Assembly: GCF_006345805.1 (NCBI RefSeq)
Contig: NC_043019.1
Coordinates: 19,095,360 to 19,159,359, forward strand
DNA: 64,000 bases
From: Octopus sinensis
Taxonomy: Eukaryota
Direction: 5' to 3'
The notes beneath the pieces are model-generated. The model saw nothing but the letters and a program-made list of their open reading frames with translations. It had not been told where the DNA came from and ran no database searches. Shown here piece by piece: positions 38,151-49,800 of this stretch (position 1 is the stretch's first letter; each line of letters begins with the position of its first letter). The position numbers and the translations under genes were made by a program.

Positions 38151-38220
38151 TGGCTGAGTAACCTTACACCTTAACTTTTCACCTGCCCTGACTGTAACCT
38201 TTGTCTGCTGTCATTTTCAG

Positions 38221-38306
38221 CTGTGAAGAATCCTTTACTAAGTTTCAGGAAGAAACCAGCGAATCAACAATAGGGGTTGGAGATATTAAGATGGAGGAGG
38301 AAATAG
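38221..38306 (+). CDS. ERICH3: ERICH3-like coding exon (phase 2-1)
   Basis: cattttcag acceptor and AG|gtacgt donor. Encodes (L)CEESFTKFQEETSESTIGVGDIKMEEEI and supplies the final DUF4590 Cys in the phase the previous exon requires. Confidence 0.8.
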
Positions 38307-40455
38307 GTACGTACCTTTGCAAGAGTTCTTTTATTTCATTGGAATAATTGTTGTTGTTTAGTCATGTCAGCCCTAACAAGTAGTGCAAGGACCAAAAGTA
38401 TTCATTTCCATCTTATTTTCAGGTATAATGCATCTAAGACTGCATTTTCAAATAGGTTCTATTTTAAAGGTGATTCGAAACAAGTTTAGTTGCTATTTTT
38501 AACACACTGAGCAATGACATAGAAGCATACAGTCTCCACTAGTGTTGATGAAGTTGTTATTTGTGGTGTATGCTGTTGGTATTGTTATCCATGTCTTTGA
38601 TGCTAGCTGATCAAATGTCCTCTCCATAACTCACATGATCCTATGGTCCATCTGTTGTCAGAGGATTTTGTTAGTTTCTTTGCTTTTCTCCACTTTCCGT
38701 GATCACTGGAGATCTTTGAATGAAACCAGTGGGTCCTTATTTCCCTTCTAGTTACTGTTCTTAGGGGTTTAGTTAACAGCAACACAACTGTTGTTTGAAG
38801 CCTTTGTTAGTGAACCATTCCACACAGGTTTCCTCCAGGCAACAGCCAAGGCACTTAAGAATGAATTATCTTGGCTATGGATCCAATGTCACCTTGGTGA
38901 CAAGATACGAACCCTTGTTCTCCCTAGTTGTTTTCTGATATGATTTCGATTCCATTAATGAAGATCTCATGAAACAGTGATTGACGAAATATTGAGCAAG
39001 ATAATTGTGATAAATATTGCTTGATTTCTTTTGAAGATGTTCACCTGGTGGTTGTGGCAGTATCAGTAACAGGGGGTGGAGGGTTCACTGTGTGTGTGTG
39101 TGTGTGAATTTAATGATGAAGCAGATGGAGTCAGTTGTAGGCATCTGATATGAGGTTGTCAAGGAGACAGGCTTTCTTGTCCAGGGTCATAGGAAGAGTT
39201 GAACTGATGTATGATACTTCCAGTAAGCAGTGGAGTGTCCCTAGATTAGGGTTCCTATATATACCTCTATAAACATCTATATGTAGATTTATATATAGAT
39301 GGAATGGGAAAATATCATAGTCTTGGAAACGAAATGCTATGAAAAGATGTGTTGCAGTCCATGTATTAAAAATCAAAAGAAATTGTTGAAAAGACTTGAC
39401 CATAAAACTTACCTGTTAAAAGAAGGAAAATGAATTGGTTTTGTCATGTGACATGACTCTCTGATGTCTTCAAATGAATTTGGTAATGCGGGGACAAAGT
39501 GCTGGGAAAAGAGGTATTGGAAAATTATGAAGGGAGAAGGGTTGAGTAATAGCAAGGAATGAATGAGGAAGACGGTGAGAAAATCTGAGGTCAGCCGAAG
39601 ATTGGAAAATGTTTGAGGGGGTGGGGAGGTTGTGTCCTCATTAAGGTACAGATTTTGATTCCTTTGTTGCAATTAATGTTGAAAATAAAGGAAGAATTGA
39701 GTAAAATAACTGTTGAACATTTTGAACATAAATTAACCCGAGACTTTGATGGAAGGAATTTATGTGGATGACTTTAAACAGGAAGTTTTTATTATAGACC
39801 CAGGAAAAGTGGTTTCAGGTGGGTTGGTATCAATGACATGGTGCAGTATTGATGAATGTGAGTCATTGATTCTTCAGATGGCAGCACTGTCACATCTATC
39901 AATTCATTTATCTGCTTTTCATGTAATACTGTATAGGATAGCATAGCATTGTGTAATGTGGTAGATGGGTGATATTGCAAGAATAGAAATATGGTGTTGT
40001 GTGAAATCCCAAACCCTTAAACCCTTCTTTCCTTGTTCTTCACTATTTTCCTTCTCAATCTTCTACCGCTCCACCAATATTCCTTCTCTGATCATCCACA
40101 TCTGTTCTTCATTAGGCCTCTCCTGTCCCACATCAGTTTTGTCATAATTCTCCAATCCCTACCTGACCCCTTCCTCACTAAGTCCCTCTTCTTTCCTGCT
40201 CCAGTTCTCCATCACTATCACCCTTAAACAATTTACACACAAGTTCACCCAATATTTTCATACCAGATACTCTCTACTATTCATAAAGTAGACCCTCTTT
40301 AGAACTTCTCAGCCCTCTTCTATTTCCCCAACTGTCTTCCCCCTCCTCCTATCCCCATGCCACCAATCTCATTGATCCCTGCCTCCCATTGCTAATGTGC
40401 CGACCAACAGTCAGATGTCCATACTCGCATTTACTACAAGTCTTTCTTTCTACAG

Positions 40456-40575
40456 TCATTGATGTACCCCGCAATGAAGTTGCTGAAATCTGTGTCCCAG
40501 CAGAAGAAAATACGAAAATGTCAATGCTAATTGACCTGGAAGGCCAAAAGGCAAAAGTCAAAGCTGTTGAAGGAG
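40456..40575 (+). CDS. ERICH3: ERICH3-like coding exon (phase 1-1)
   Basis: tctttctttctacag acceptor and AG|gtatct donor. Encodes VIDVPRNEVAEICVPAEENTKMSMLIDLEGQKAKVKAVEG. Confidence 0.7.
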
Positions 40576-40879
40576 GTATCTACCAAATTATCAAATTATA
40601 TGTTCTTATTATAAATGTGTGCGTGTGTGTGTGTATAGATATATAATTGTTAAGGGACACCACTACAAGTTGGAAATAGAGGAGTAAAATCAAAAGCAGA
40701 ACAAAGATAATGGTTTATACTTTTATAATTTATTTTAATATCTCCGCTTTAAAAACCTTTTTTAAGAATAAAAGACACTGATCTCTAATCTTCATGGAAA
40801 ATGAATGATAAACGCAGATTGGTTGTGTAATATAAGGAAATTCGCATATCATAACTGTTGTTTGTTGTTGGGAGTGGGA

Positions 40880-41200
40880 TATATCTTATTAAGCCTCTTT
40901 AATCCACAGATTTCCAATATTCCACTCTGTGGCTTTGGATGTTGACTATAATGTTTTGGTTATGACATCTTGCCAGATGCTTTTTAACAGAACTGTTTGT
41001 ATGGATGTATTCTTTAACATGGAAATATGTTCCATGACATTCCTTACATATTGTTAGTATGACTTGTAAGTTTACAAACAAACAAGCACATTGTTGATAG
41101 GACAGTTGGTCAGTTGTGTGGTGTGGGTGTTCATTCTTTGACAAGGATTTTCTTAGGGGAAGATTCAGAGAACAGCAGCTGAATATTAAAAACCATCAAT
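40880..41200 (-). mobile_element. Penelope-like GIY-YIG remnant
   Basis: CKECHGTYF..VKEYIHTNSSVKKHLARCH. Confidence 0.55.
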
Positions 41201-41799
41201 AAGGGTCACCTGGTGGACTGTACCAGGGGATCGAAAGTGTGATAGCTGTAAAAATCATGAAGTGACACTTAGAGTCTGGACATTGGTGGGGAGCTTGTTC
41301 CTGGGCTGGTATCTGGTCTGTATTTATTTTGTTTTTCTTGATAAAATGTGTTTTGAAACAAAAATGATGAAACAGGCAATGAAAGGGTAACCTTCTGTCT
41401 TTTATTTTACTTTCAACTCTATTTCTGATGATTTTGCAGCTTTGATTAAAAAAAAGTGGGTGTATATATATATATATATATATTTGTGTGTGTGTGCATA
41501 TACACACACACACACATACACGGATTGCTGTTTGGGTTCAACATTACCATTGATGTTCTCAGTTCTCTTAGCCATAGCTAAAGAGTAACTTTATGCTAAA
41601 TAAAGAGAGGATCTCTCAAAATTTTGCTATCGACACTAATAAGTGCAGTGTAAATAATGTATGTAAACACACGGAACGCACAACGCCACCTATGGTCGCA
41701 CAGGGAACTAAATTGGCTGCCAGAGGAATTTCAACTTCCCTCCTTATATTCATCCAGTTGTCAGAAAGTTGAGGGTGTACTTCTTTGTGTGTGTGTGTG

Positions 41800-43031
41800 T
41801 ATTGGGTTGTCTGATAAATTTGTTTCTTTCTTTTTTTCCATTTATTTCAATCCTTATTTTTCATCAACAGTTTTAACAAATCAGTCAGCCATACATTCTC
41901 CTTCATTGTTCCCAAATTCTTGCTAACATTCCACTAATTTGTCAGTGCCTTGAAATCACTGGGTGTTGATTCAAAGAATTGAGCCATGTTTTCAGCTCTG
42001 CATCATGGTTGAACACTTTGCAGAGTGTTCAATGAGGAGAATACAGTGTGTGCTGTAGAACTTTCCAGCTGAGCTCTTGGATAGCATTTTTGGTTAGATT
42101 AGTGATGTGGGAGCAAGCATTGTCGTGTTGAAGAGTCATGTCAAGGTGCTGGTCGGGTCATTTCAGTTGAATCACCTCATTAAGCACACAGTCAATGCTG
42201 AACATAAAGCTCTGCATTGACTGTGTGGTTGTTTTCAAGCATTTCATTGGGGATCAGCCCTGCCCAGGTCCCACCAAATGCAGATCATTGTCTTGCATGG
42301 ATGCAGCTCTGGGGCTTGGCTTGTTTGTCAGGACTCAACTATTCTTTCCTCTGCTTCGTATTGACATAAAGACACCATTTTCCATTGCCAGTGATGATAC
42401 AGTAAAGACATCACTGTTTGTGTCCACGAGTAGCCTGGAGTCAAGCAAGCAAACTGGCACCACTAGAAAAGCACTGGAGTTTGTCTCATCCATTCAGAGT
42501 GTGTTGCACCCATGCACTGAGATTTTGGACCTTTCCCACTGAATGAGGGGTGACAGTATCATGAGAGCATCCCATTTGTTGGACCAGTTTCCCTCACGGA
42601 TTAGTGTGGATCCTCTTGAATGAATTTGTTCAATTGTTCCTCATTGAAGCGTCTGGAACACAGAGAGTCTGTGAGGTTGAATTTCCTCTCCTTGAAGTAG
42701 GGAAACCATTTCTGTGAAGTTCTTTGAGGAATAGCTCCTTTTCCATACACCGTACAAATGTCTTGAGTGGCTTTGGCGGCTTTGGAACCTTCAATCAAAG
42801 CAAAGACCAGCAGGAGTTTAAAATGCTCAATTTTTTCTAATTGGCATTCCATTGTCAATGTCTGAAAAAAGGTGAAATTTATTTAAATTTCAAAAACGAT
42901 AAATGGAAATTGTTAGAAGAAGAATAGAGATACAGAAAGAAAAAAAAGACATTGATCACTGTGATACAAATATTTTTCCCATTAATTCAAATAAAATTGG
43001 TGACAAAAAAGAATTTTTCTGACAACCCAAT
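41800..43031 (-). mobile_element. Full-length but decayed mariner element
   Basis: TIRs tattgggttgtctgataaat and ttttctgacaacccaata. Transposase MECQLEKIEHF...GSKAAKATQDICTVYG...QKWF..FKE.KFNL, then remnants of the DE.W and HDNA motifs. Confidence 0.88.
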
Positions 43032-43166
43032 ATATATACATATATATATATACAACCCAATATGTATACATATATATACATATATATATAAAGTCACTAA
43101 CTACCAGTCTATGTTGCGGGGTACATTCTTTGCCTGGGAAGGTTTTGGCATTTATATATATATATA

Positions 43167-44597
43167 ACCTACCAGCCACCTAGTCACCTACTGATCGGGC
43201 CGACATACCAGCCAAATTGACTACATCCTTGCCAGGAAAAGGGAAAGATGGCTGCTTATAAATGCCAAAACCTTCCCAGGTGAAGAATGTACCCCGCAAC
43301 ATAGACTGGTAGTTAGTGACTTTAGGATCAGGACTAAGAGGACGACCAGAAGACGACCAACATGGAGAAGAAGGATCTGGAAGCTTAAAGATCCTGCGAA
43401 TGGACAGAGATTTAGGGACATATTACTTGAAGCCTTTGACAAAGTAGAAGGGAATAGAGCTTCACATGGGGTAGAAGACAACTGGATGTTTCTAAGGGAC
43501 AACCTGCTGAGAGCCACTGACCAGATCTGTGGCTGGTGCAAAGTCCCCTCTCGACCCAAAATAACGTGGTGGTGGAACAATGTTGTAGACAGGGCTATTA
43601 GAGAAAAGAGACAAGCTTGGAAGGACTGGGCAAAGTTCAAAGAGCTCTTACCTCTGCTGGTGACAAAAGGCCTCTCGCTCAGAGTAAAAGGCAGACTGTA
43701 TGACACGTGTGTATGAACAGCCATGCTACATGGCAGTGAAACATGGGCTGTGATCGCTGAGGAAATGCGTAAGCTCGCAAGAAATGAAGCCAGTATGCTC
43801 CGATGGATGTGTAATGTCAGTGTTCATACTCGACAGAGTGTAAGTACCTTGAGAGAAAAGCTGGACCTAAGAAGCATCAGTTGTGGTGTGCAAGAGAGGC
43901 GTTTGCGCTGGTATGGTCATGTGGCAAGAATGGATGAAGATAGTTGTGTGAAAAAGTGCCACACCCTAGTGGTTGAGGGAACCTGTGGAAGAGGCAGACC
44001 CTGGAAAACCTGGGACGAAGTGGTGAAGCATGACCTTCGAACTTTAGGTCTCACCGAGGAAATGACTAGAGACTGAGACCTTTGGAAGTATGCTGTGCGC
44101 GAGAAGACCCGGCAGGACAAGTGAGACCATAACCCGTGGCCTCTACATGGGATGTAGCCAGTCCACTTATGCATAACTTTCCTTCTTGGGACACAAAACT
44201 CTACTTGTGAAGACCTGTTGAGGCAAGTGAAAATCGAAATCGATCAACATCAATTGAAATTGCAGCTATGATACCAGTGCCGGTGGTACATAAGAGAACC
44301 ATCCAAACGTGGCCGTTGCCATCGCTGCCCCTACTGGCCTCATGCCGGTGGCACGTAAAGAGCACCATCCAATCGTGGCCGTTTGCCAGCCTCGTCTGGC
44401 ACCTGTGCTGGTGGCATGTAAAAAGCACCCACTACACTCACGGAGTGGTTGGCGTTAGGAAGGGCATCCAGCCGTAGAAACATTGCCAGATCAGACTGGG
44501 CCTGGTGCAGCCTTCTGGCTTCCCAGACCCCAGTTGAACCGTCCAACCCATGCTAGCATGGAAAGCGGACACTAAACGATGATGATGATGATGATGA
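43167..44597 (+). mobile_element. RTE LINE derivative: endonuclease C-terminus fused to the ORF C-terminus (RT deleted), plus 3' UTR
   Basis: SQIDYIL...EECTPQHRLVVSDF...WWWNNVVDRAIREKRQAWKDW joined directly to AKFKELLPLLVTKGLSLRVKGRLY...GSETW. Confidence 0.9.
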
Positions 44598-44624
44598 TAC
44601 ATATATATATATAATGTATGTATA

Positions 44625-44778
44625 GGTGCAGGAGTGGGTGTGTTATTGCTTCCCAACCACATGGCCCTGGGTTCAGTCCCACTGCATGGCACCTTGGGCA
44701 AGTGTCTTCTACTATAGCCTTGGGCCGACCAAAACCTTATGAGTGAGTTTGGCCGACGGAAACTGAAAGAAACCATTC
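44625..44778 (+). mobile_element. tRNA-derived SINE with an accttgggcaagtgtctt core (minus copy at about 56355-56525)
   Basis: B-box-like gggttcagtccc followed by the core motif. Two copies in the window. Confidence 0.75.
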
Positions 44779-44781
44779 ATA

Positions 44782-44838
<57 letters not shown>

Positions 44839-45984
44839 ATATATACTTAATTCTTTTACTTGTTTCAATCATTTGACTGTGGCCATGCTGGAGCACCACC
44901 TTTAGTCGAAGAAATCGATCCCAAGACTTATTCTTTGCAAACCTAGTACTTATTCTATTAATCTCTTTTGCCAAACCACTAAGTTACAGGGATGTAAACA
45001 CACCAACATCGGTTGTCAAGCTATGATGGAGGGGGGGAACACAAACACAAATAACAAACACACAGATACATATATATATATAAAACTGAGAATGTGTGTG
45101 TGTGTGTCTGTCTGTCTGTGTGTTTCCCTAAAACTTGAGAACTACACAACCAATTTCATTCAAATTTTACACATGCATTACTTAGGGTCCATGTAGTTTC
45201 ATGGGCAAAAAAAAATGTTCAACTTCTTGCCTTGGGCGAGCCTATAGCAATATCATATCTTCTCCACTATTTCAGTATTACGTGTTAAAAGCGAACAAAA
45301 AACATTTCTCTATTTTATGTCAGATACTTTCACTTTAACAATAAAAATTAGAGATAATAATAACAATTGTAGTAAGTAATAATTAAAATCAAACTAAAGT
45401 ATAATATAATAATTAAAAGTAAAAATAGCAATTGGTATAAAATTGCATCAATGACTTGAACTTGAATAAGTGGTTTCACATGAATGGGAACAAATTAAAA
45501 ATAAAATTAGCGTGCAGAAATGGAATAGTCCAGATGGAGCTCTGCACATACCCTTTACCATGGCTTTTACATTAGATTATTTGCTAATTAGCTAGCATTA
45601 AGTATCTATATGAAGTTTGGCTGTATGTGATGTCTGTTTTCTCGAACAGCCGCTTTTACTGAGTACTGCTGTTGGTTTATTTCATATACATAAAGGACTA
45701 TAGTTTCAACTGCGTACTGCTTTTTGATTCACTGTAAGGTTTGTTGTTATTATTATTACTCTTTAACTATTGTTATCACATTTGTTGGTTCCTTGTAAGA
45801 GAAGCGTTGTTGTGTTGCATTTGTTAAATAATTGTAAACTGTAACCCCCGCCACTTTGGGATAAGGAGCTTTGGTTATTGTTTAAAAATTGAATTGTGTC
45901 CCTGTTTGGGGAAATTGACAATATTTTCACTGTTTACACGGAAGCATTTTTGTTAGAATCCCTTTGATAGAAGAAAGTCCAAAA

Positions 45985-46500
45985 ATGAATTTTGCTGCAG
46001 CCGTCAGCGGGCGCGAACTCATTAAAATTAAAATGGAAGAAATACAAACCTATTTCAGATTGATCACCAACAAAGGCAGTGAATCTAGGATAACACCACC
46101 AAACGAAATAAAAAATTAAATTAAAGAAAAGACTATTGTCTATAAAGTATACAATGTAGAGAAAAAACAAAAAAAGATTTGAACACCTGGAGGAAAGCAC
46201 CATCGAAAAGTTTCTTGGTGCGACTATGAAAGATATCAAGTATCTAACCAGGGGTGGTAAATTCGCCACAATAGAAGCAAGGTTCGAGTCAACGGAGCGT
46301 GCAAGGGAGTACTCGACTCGAATCTTGCAAAGTGGAAATATTTTATTTTTAATTTTTATCTGGGACATCCTACGTCCCAGATAAAAATTTAAAATGTCCC
46401 CCCAGAAGTAGAGGTAGGCTGGATTGTAGCCACACTTCTATACAAGAGGGAGGACAAGATACAATTGATTGAAATTGCAAGAGACGGGCCTACAATTCCA
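45985..46500 (+). pseudogene. Decayed ORF1 (gag-like) fragment of a non-LTR retrotransposon
   Basis: MNFAAAVSG...KYLTRGGKFATIEARF...YLGHPTSQIKI.NVPPEVEVGWIV, with stops and frameshifts. Family assignment is by recalled resemblance only. Confidence 0.5.
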
Positions 46501-47001
46501 GTCTGTTATATATTTTGAGTATTGTTATCACTAGCGATATCAAGATATAACTTTGTATTTTGTATTTTATGTGTAGATGTATATAGATAGATGTACACAT
46601 ATATACATGCACTAGCACTATGACCCGGCAACGCCGGGTCATAATGCTAGTATATATGTATATATATATACATTTTGTCTGTCTGTCTGTCTATCTATCT
46701 ATATAAATATATATACATTATTATATGAAGGGCTATTACTATAAGTCATGCTTCACGCTGTAATGGGATTCTAAAGTAGTCGGACTTAGGGTCATCCCGT
46801 TCCAGCATGAGATGTTATTTATCGTAACAGCCCTTGATATAATGTATTTTATATTTAAGGAAAAAAATTATATACTTTGTATAAATTTTTCTCTCAAATG
46901 GTTTTCCACGCTGTTCGCTTGATAAATCTTGTATAGATTTTATCTTTTTATTTTATATGTGTGTGTGTGTGTGTGCATTCCTACCAAGCCCTGTACATAC
47001 A

Positions 47002-47912
47002 TCTATATATATAAAACTGTAGTTGTGTGAGTGTCTGTCCCCTTCGATTTAGATTCCTAACTACTCCCACATTTTGCGGTGCAGTTTAACCAAATTCGGG
47101 TATCTTATAGTCGTGATTCATATCGAGCCCGTCTGAGTATTAGCGCGTGTCTACGATGAGTCTACGATTTTAAAAATAATTTAACATCATTTTTTATTCC
47201 ATTTTAATGCATAATTTTTCGTGTGTCGATGGCGGCGGAGTTGGCGTCCATGGTCACACCTGCACCTGTTTGCTTCTCCCCCTTCTTCCCTCCCTCGTGA
47301 AGCTGTGGGGAAGGGAGTGTAAGGAAATCAACGTCGTAAAGCGTTGTCAAGGAGACCAGCGTTCTTTTAGAACAATGACTTCATGGCTTGAAGACACCAA
47401 AACAGAAATGGCTAAGAAAGCCCGAATTGGCATCTATAAGGGAAGTAACTCTCAAAAAATGATTATATAGTTATTTCCCTTACAAACCCGAGCAACGCCG
47501 GGTGATACTGCTAGTCTTTATATATAAAAGTAAGGTTGTGTGTCTGTCTCCTACGATTTAGATTCCTAACTACTCCCACATTTTGCGGTGCAGTTTAACC
47601 AAAACCGGGTATCTTATAGTCGTGATTCATATCGAGCCCTTCTGGGTATTAGCACACGTCTACAATGAGTCTACGATTTTAAAAATAATTTACCATCATT
47701 TTTTTCCATTTTAATGCATTTTTTCGCTATTATATAAGGGAAGTAACTCTCTAAAAATGTCTACGATGAGTCAACGATTTAAAAAAAAATTTACCATAAT
47801 TTTTTTTCCATTTTTAATGCATTTTTTTGCCCTTTTTTGGCTATAACTCTCTAAAAATGCTTATATAGTTATTTCCCTTAGAAACCCGAGCAACGCCGGG
47901 CGATACTGCTAG
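47002..47912 (+). mobile_element. Head-to-tail pair of non-autonomous Helitrons (47002-47514 and 47515-47912)
   Basis: Junction ...gatactgCTAG|TCtttatatataaaag... Both copies have complete termini. Confidence 0.88.
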
Positions 47913-47955
47913 TATTACTATAAACTATAATCTAATTGTGCTCAATCTTCTTCAG

Positions 47956-48576
47956 ATACCTTTGAAATCTATGATTCAGAAGCCACCTCTTCAGCCACTG
48001 CCAGCTCCGTGTTGTTGAGCAGCCCCACGTGCCAGTGCCACGAGGTTGCAGTGCAAGACAACAGAGAAGCTGAAGAGAAGTGTGTTTGTACCAATTACCA
48101 CTCCACTGGTGCCACAACCGAAGCAACGGAGAGCTCGCATTCGCCATGCTCGGCCGAATCCCCTGTCGACGAATGTGTATGCGAGAAGGAAACCTCAAAC
48201 ACGTCATGCGTCTGCTCACAACACTCCGACCACCACCGTCACCACCACCACCACCACCACCACCACCACTCCTGTCATTGTTTGCATCACGACTCCTCCT
48301 TCTCCTCCAATGCTCCTCCCAGTGTTCGTATTGGTGGAGGTGGCCACAGCAGTGGTTCTGGTCATGAGTCTGTTGGAAGTAATATTGCAGGTGGTGCAGT
48401 GAGCACAGGTGGGAAGGCTACTGTTGCGACCAATGAGGAGAGCAATTCTGAAGAGGATAACGAAGTTACTGCTGATGGTGGCAACGTGAAAGATGATGAC
48501 ATTGTTGTTGAACGGGTAGAAGAGAAGGATTTCGATGGTGACGATGAAGACAATGCCTCTGCCGCTGACGATGTCC
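47956..48576 (+). CDS. ERICH3: ERICH3-like coding exon (phase 1-1), CxC, poly-His and acidic segment
   Basis: tcttcttcag acceptor with a ctaat branch-like motif and C|gtgagt donor. 621 nt open, in frame with ORF 48009..48914, with a D/E-rich end. Confidence 0.8.
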
Positions 48577-49399
48577 GTGAGTCCTTCTCAGTTTTTCTTT
48601 CATTTTGTTGTCTCTTTCCTTTCTGCATTCAGTTTGTCGCATCACCTCCTATTTTTGAATGTATTTCTACCTTAGTCTGTTGCCTGTCCCCCACTTTGGT
48701 ACTTTCAGTTCGTTATATTGATGGCAGTGGTTTGGTACTTCTTCTATCAACCTTTGGAGGAGGAATGGCAATATGGAGCTGGAATGAAATGCTGCTATGT
48801 CCATGTTTCCATTGCATTTCACACCAATTTCACCACTCCTGCTGTTTACCAAATCTTTCCTTAAAAGCCATTGGCCAAACAGTGGCTACAGTAGATGGGA
48901 AGATACTTGCCTAAAGTACTATGATTGCAAAGGGGATTCACAGTAGTAAAATAATGGTCCATGAAAAAAATTACTCCAAGTGTGTTTATTGCGAGAAAAT
49001 TCTTGGTTTCTTTCTCTAACATTCTACACAATTCAACCTCCAAAGTAAATTTGTGAAAAACAAAATAGGAATTTTGAAAGAAATATCTCTAAAACTATTT
49101 TTTAAACATTGAATGTCTCTGGGGGTCCACCAGAATACAACAGTAATCAAAGGGGTCCATAGATAAAAGAATAGTTGAGAACCTCCGCTCTTGAAGCTTA
49201 CCAACTGCTTTGGACTTTAATGTTGTTCTTGTTCAAACTGAAACAATAAATAGCCTGTCCAAGACGGTTATCCAATGTGCTCTTTCATTTTAAGGGTATG
49301 ATACAATTTGAAGGAGATTTAGCTGCTATTTCCTTGTTTTTATTTGCTGGGTCTGGAGGAAGGGCTATGCCCCTAACCTTAAGTAGACACTCATAGATC

Positions 49400-49800
49400 A
49401 ATGAGATCCTGTTAATGTTCTGTGTAAATTATTGCAGCAGGAAGACCTGAGCAACAAGGAGATTCCAAAGAGCCAGTGCTCTGGGGAGGAAGGATCTGAC
49501 ACTATGGTTAGTGTAGGGGGTGGGGTGGAAACAACAAGGTTGAAAAGAAGGGAGAGGTGAGTGGTTTGGGTGCCAGTCAGTCTAGTAGCTCTTCTTTGGA
49601 TGTAGTCCAGAATGTTTGTGTGTGTGATAGGGGAGCATGCCTGATAGGGGAGCAATATTTCATTAGGGACCTCAGTTGGATTTTATAAAGTGTCAGTAAT
49701 TGTTGAAAGCTGAAATATTTGTGGGCAATGAAGAGAGTGGACATGATACCAGTAGTAATTGGCATGTTTGGAAGTACTCAAATACAAACGTGGCTCAACG
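49400..49800 (-). mobile_element. Jockey/CR1-like LINE C-terminal remnant
   Basis: LLTLYKIQLRSLMKYCSPI...ILDYIQRRATRL. Confidence 0.55.

Noticed and set aside
45934-46368. 144-aa minus-strand ORF
   Set aside because: It is the antisense of the plus-strand ORF1-like remnant and has no motifs of its own.
48046-48628. Overlapping ORFs 48046..48402, 48080..48367 and 48362..48628
   Set aside because: These are alternative-frame or antisense shadows of the exon's (CAC)n and acidic sequence. Only one frame fits the splice phases.
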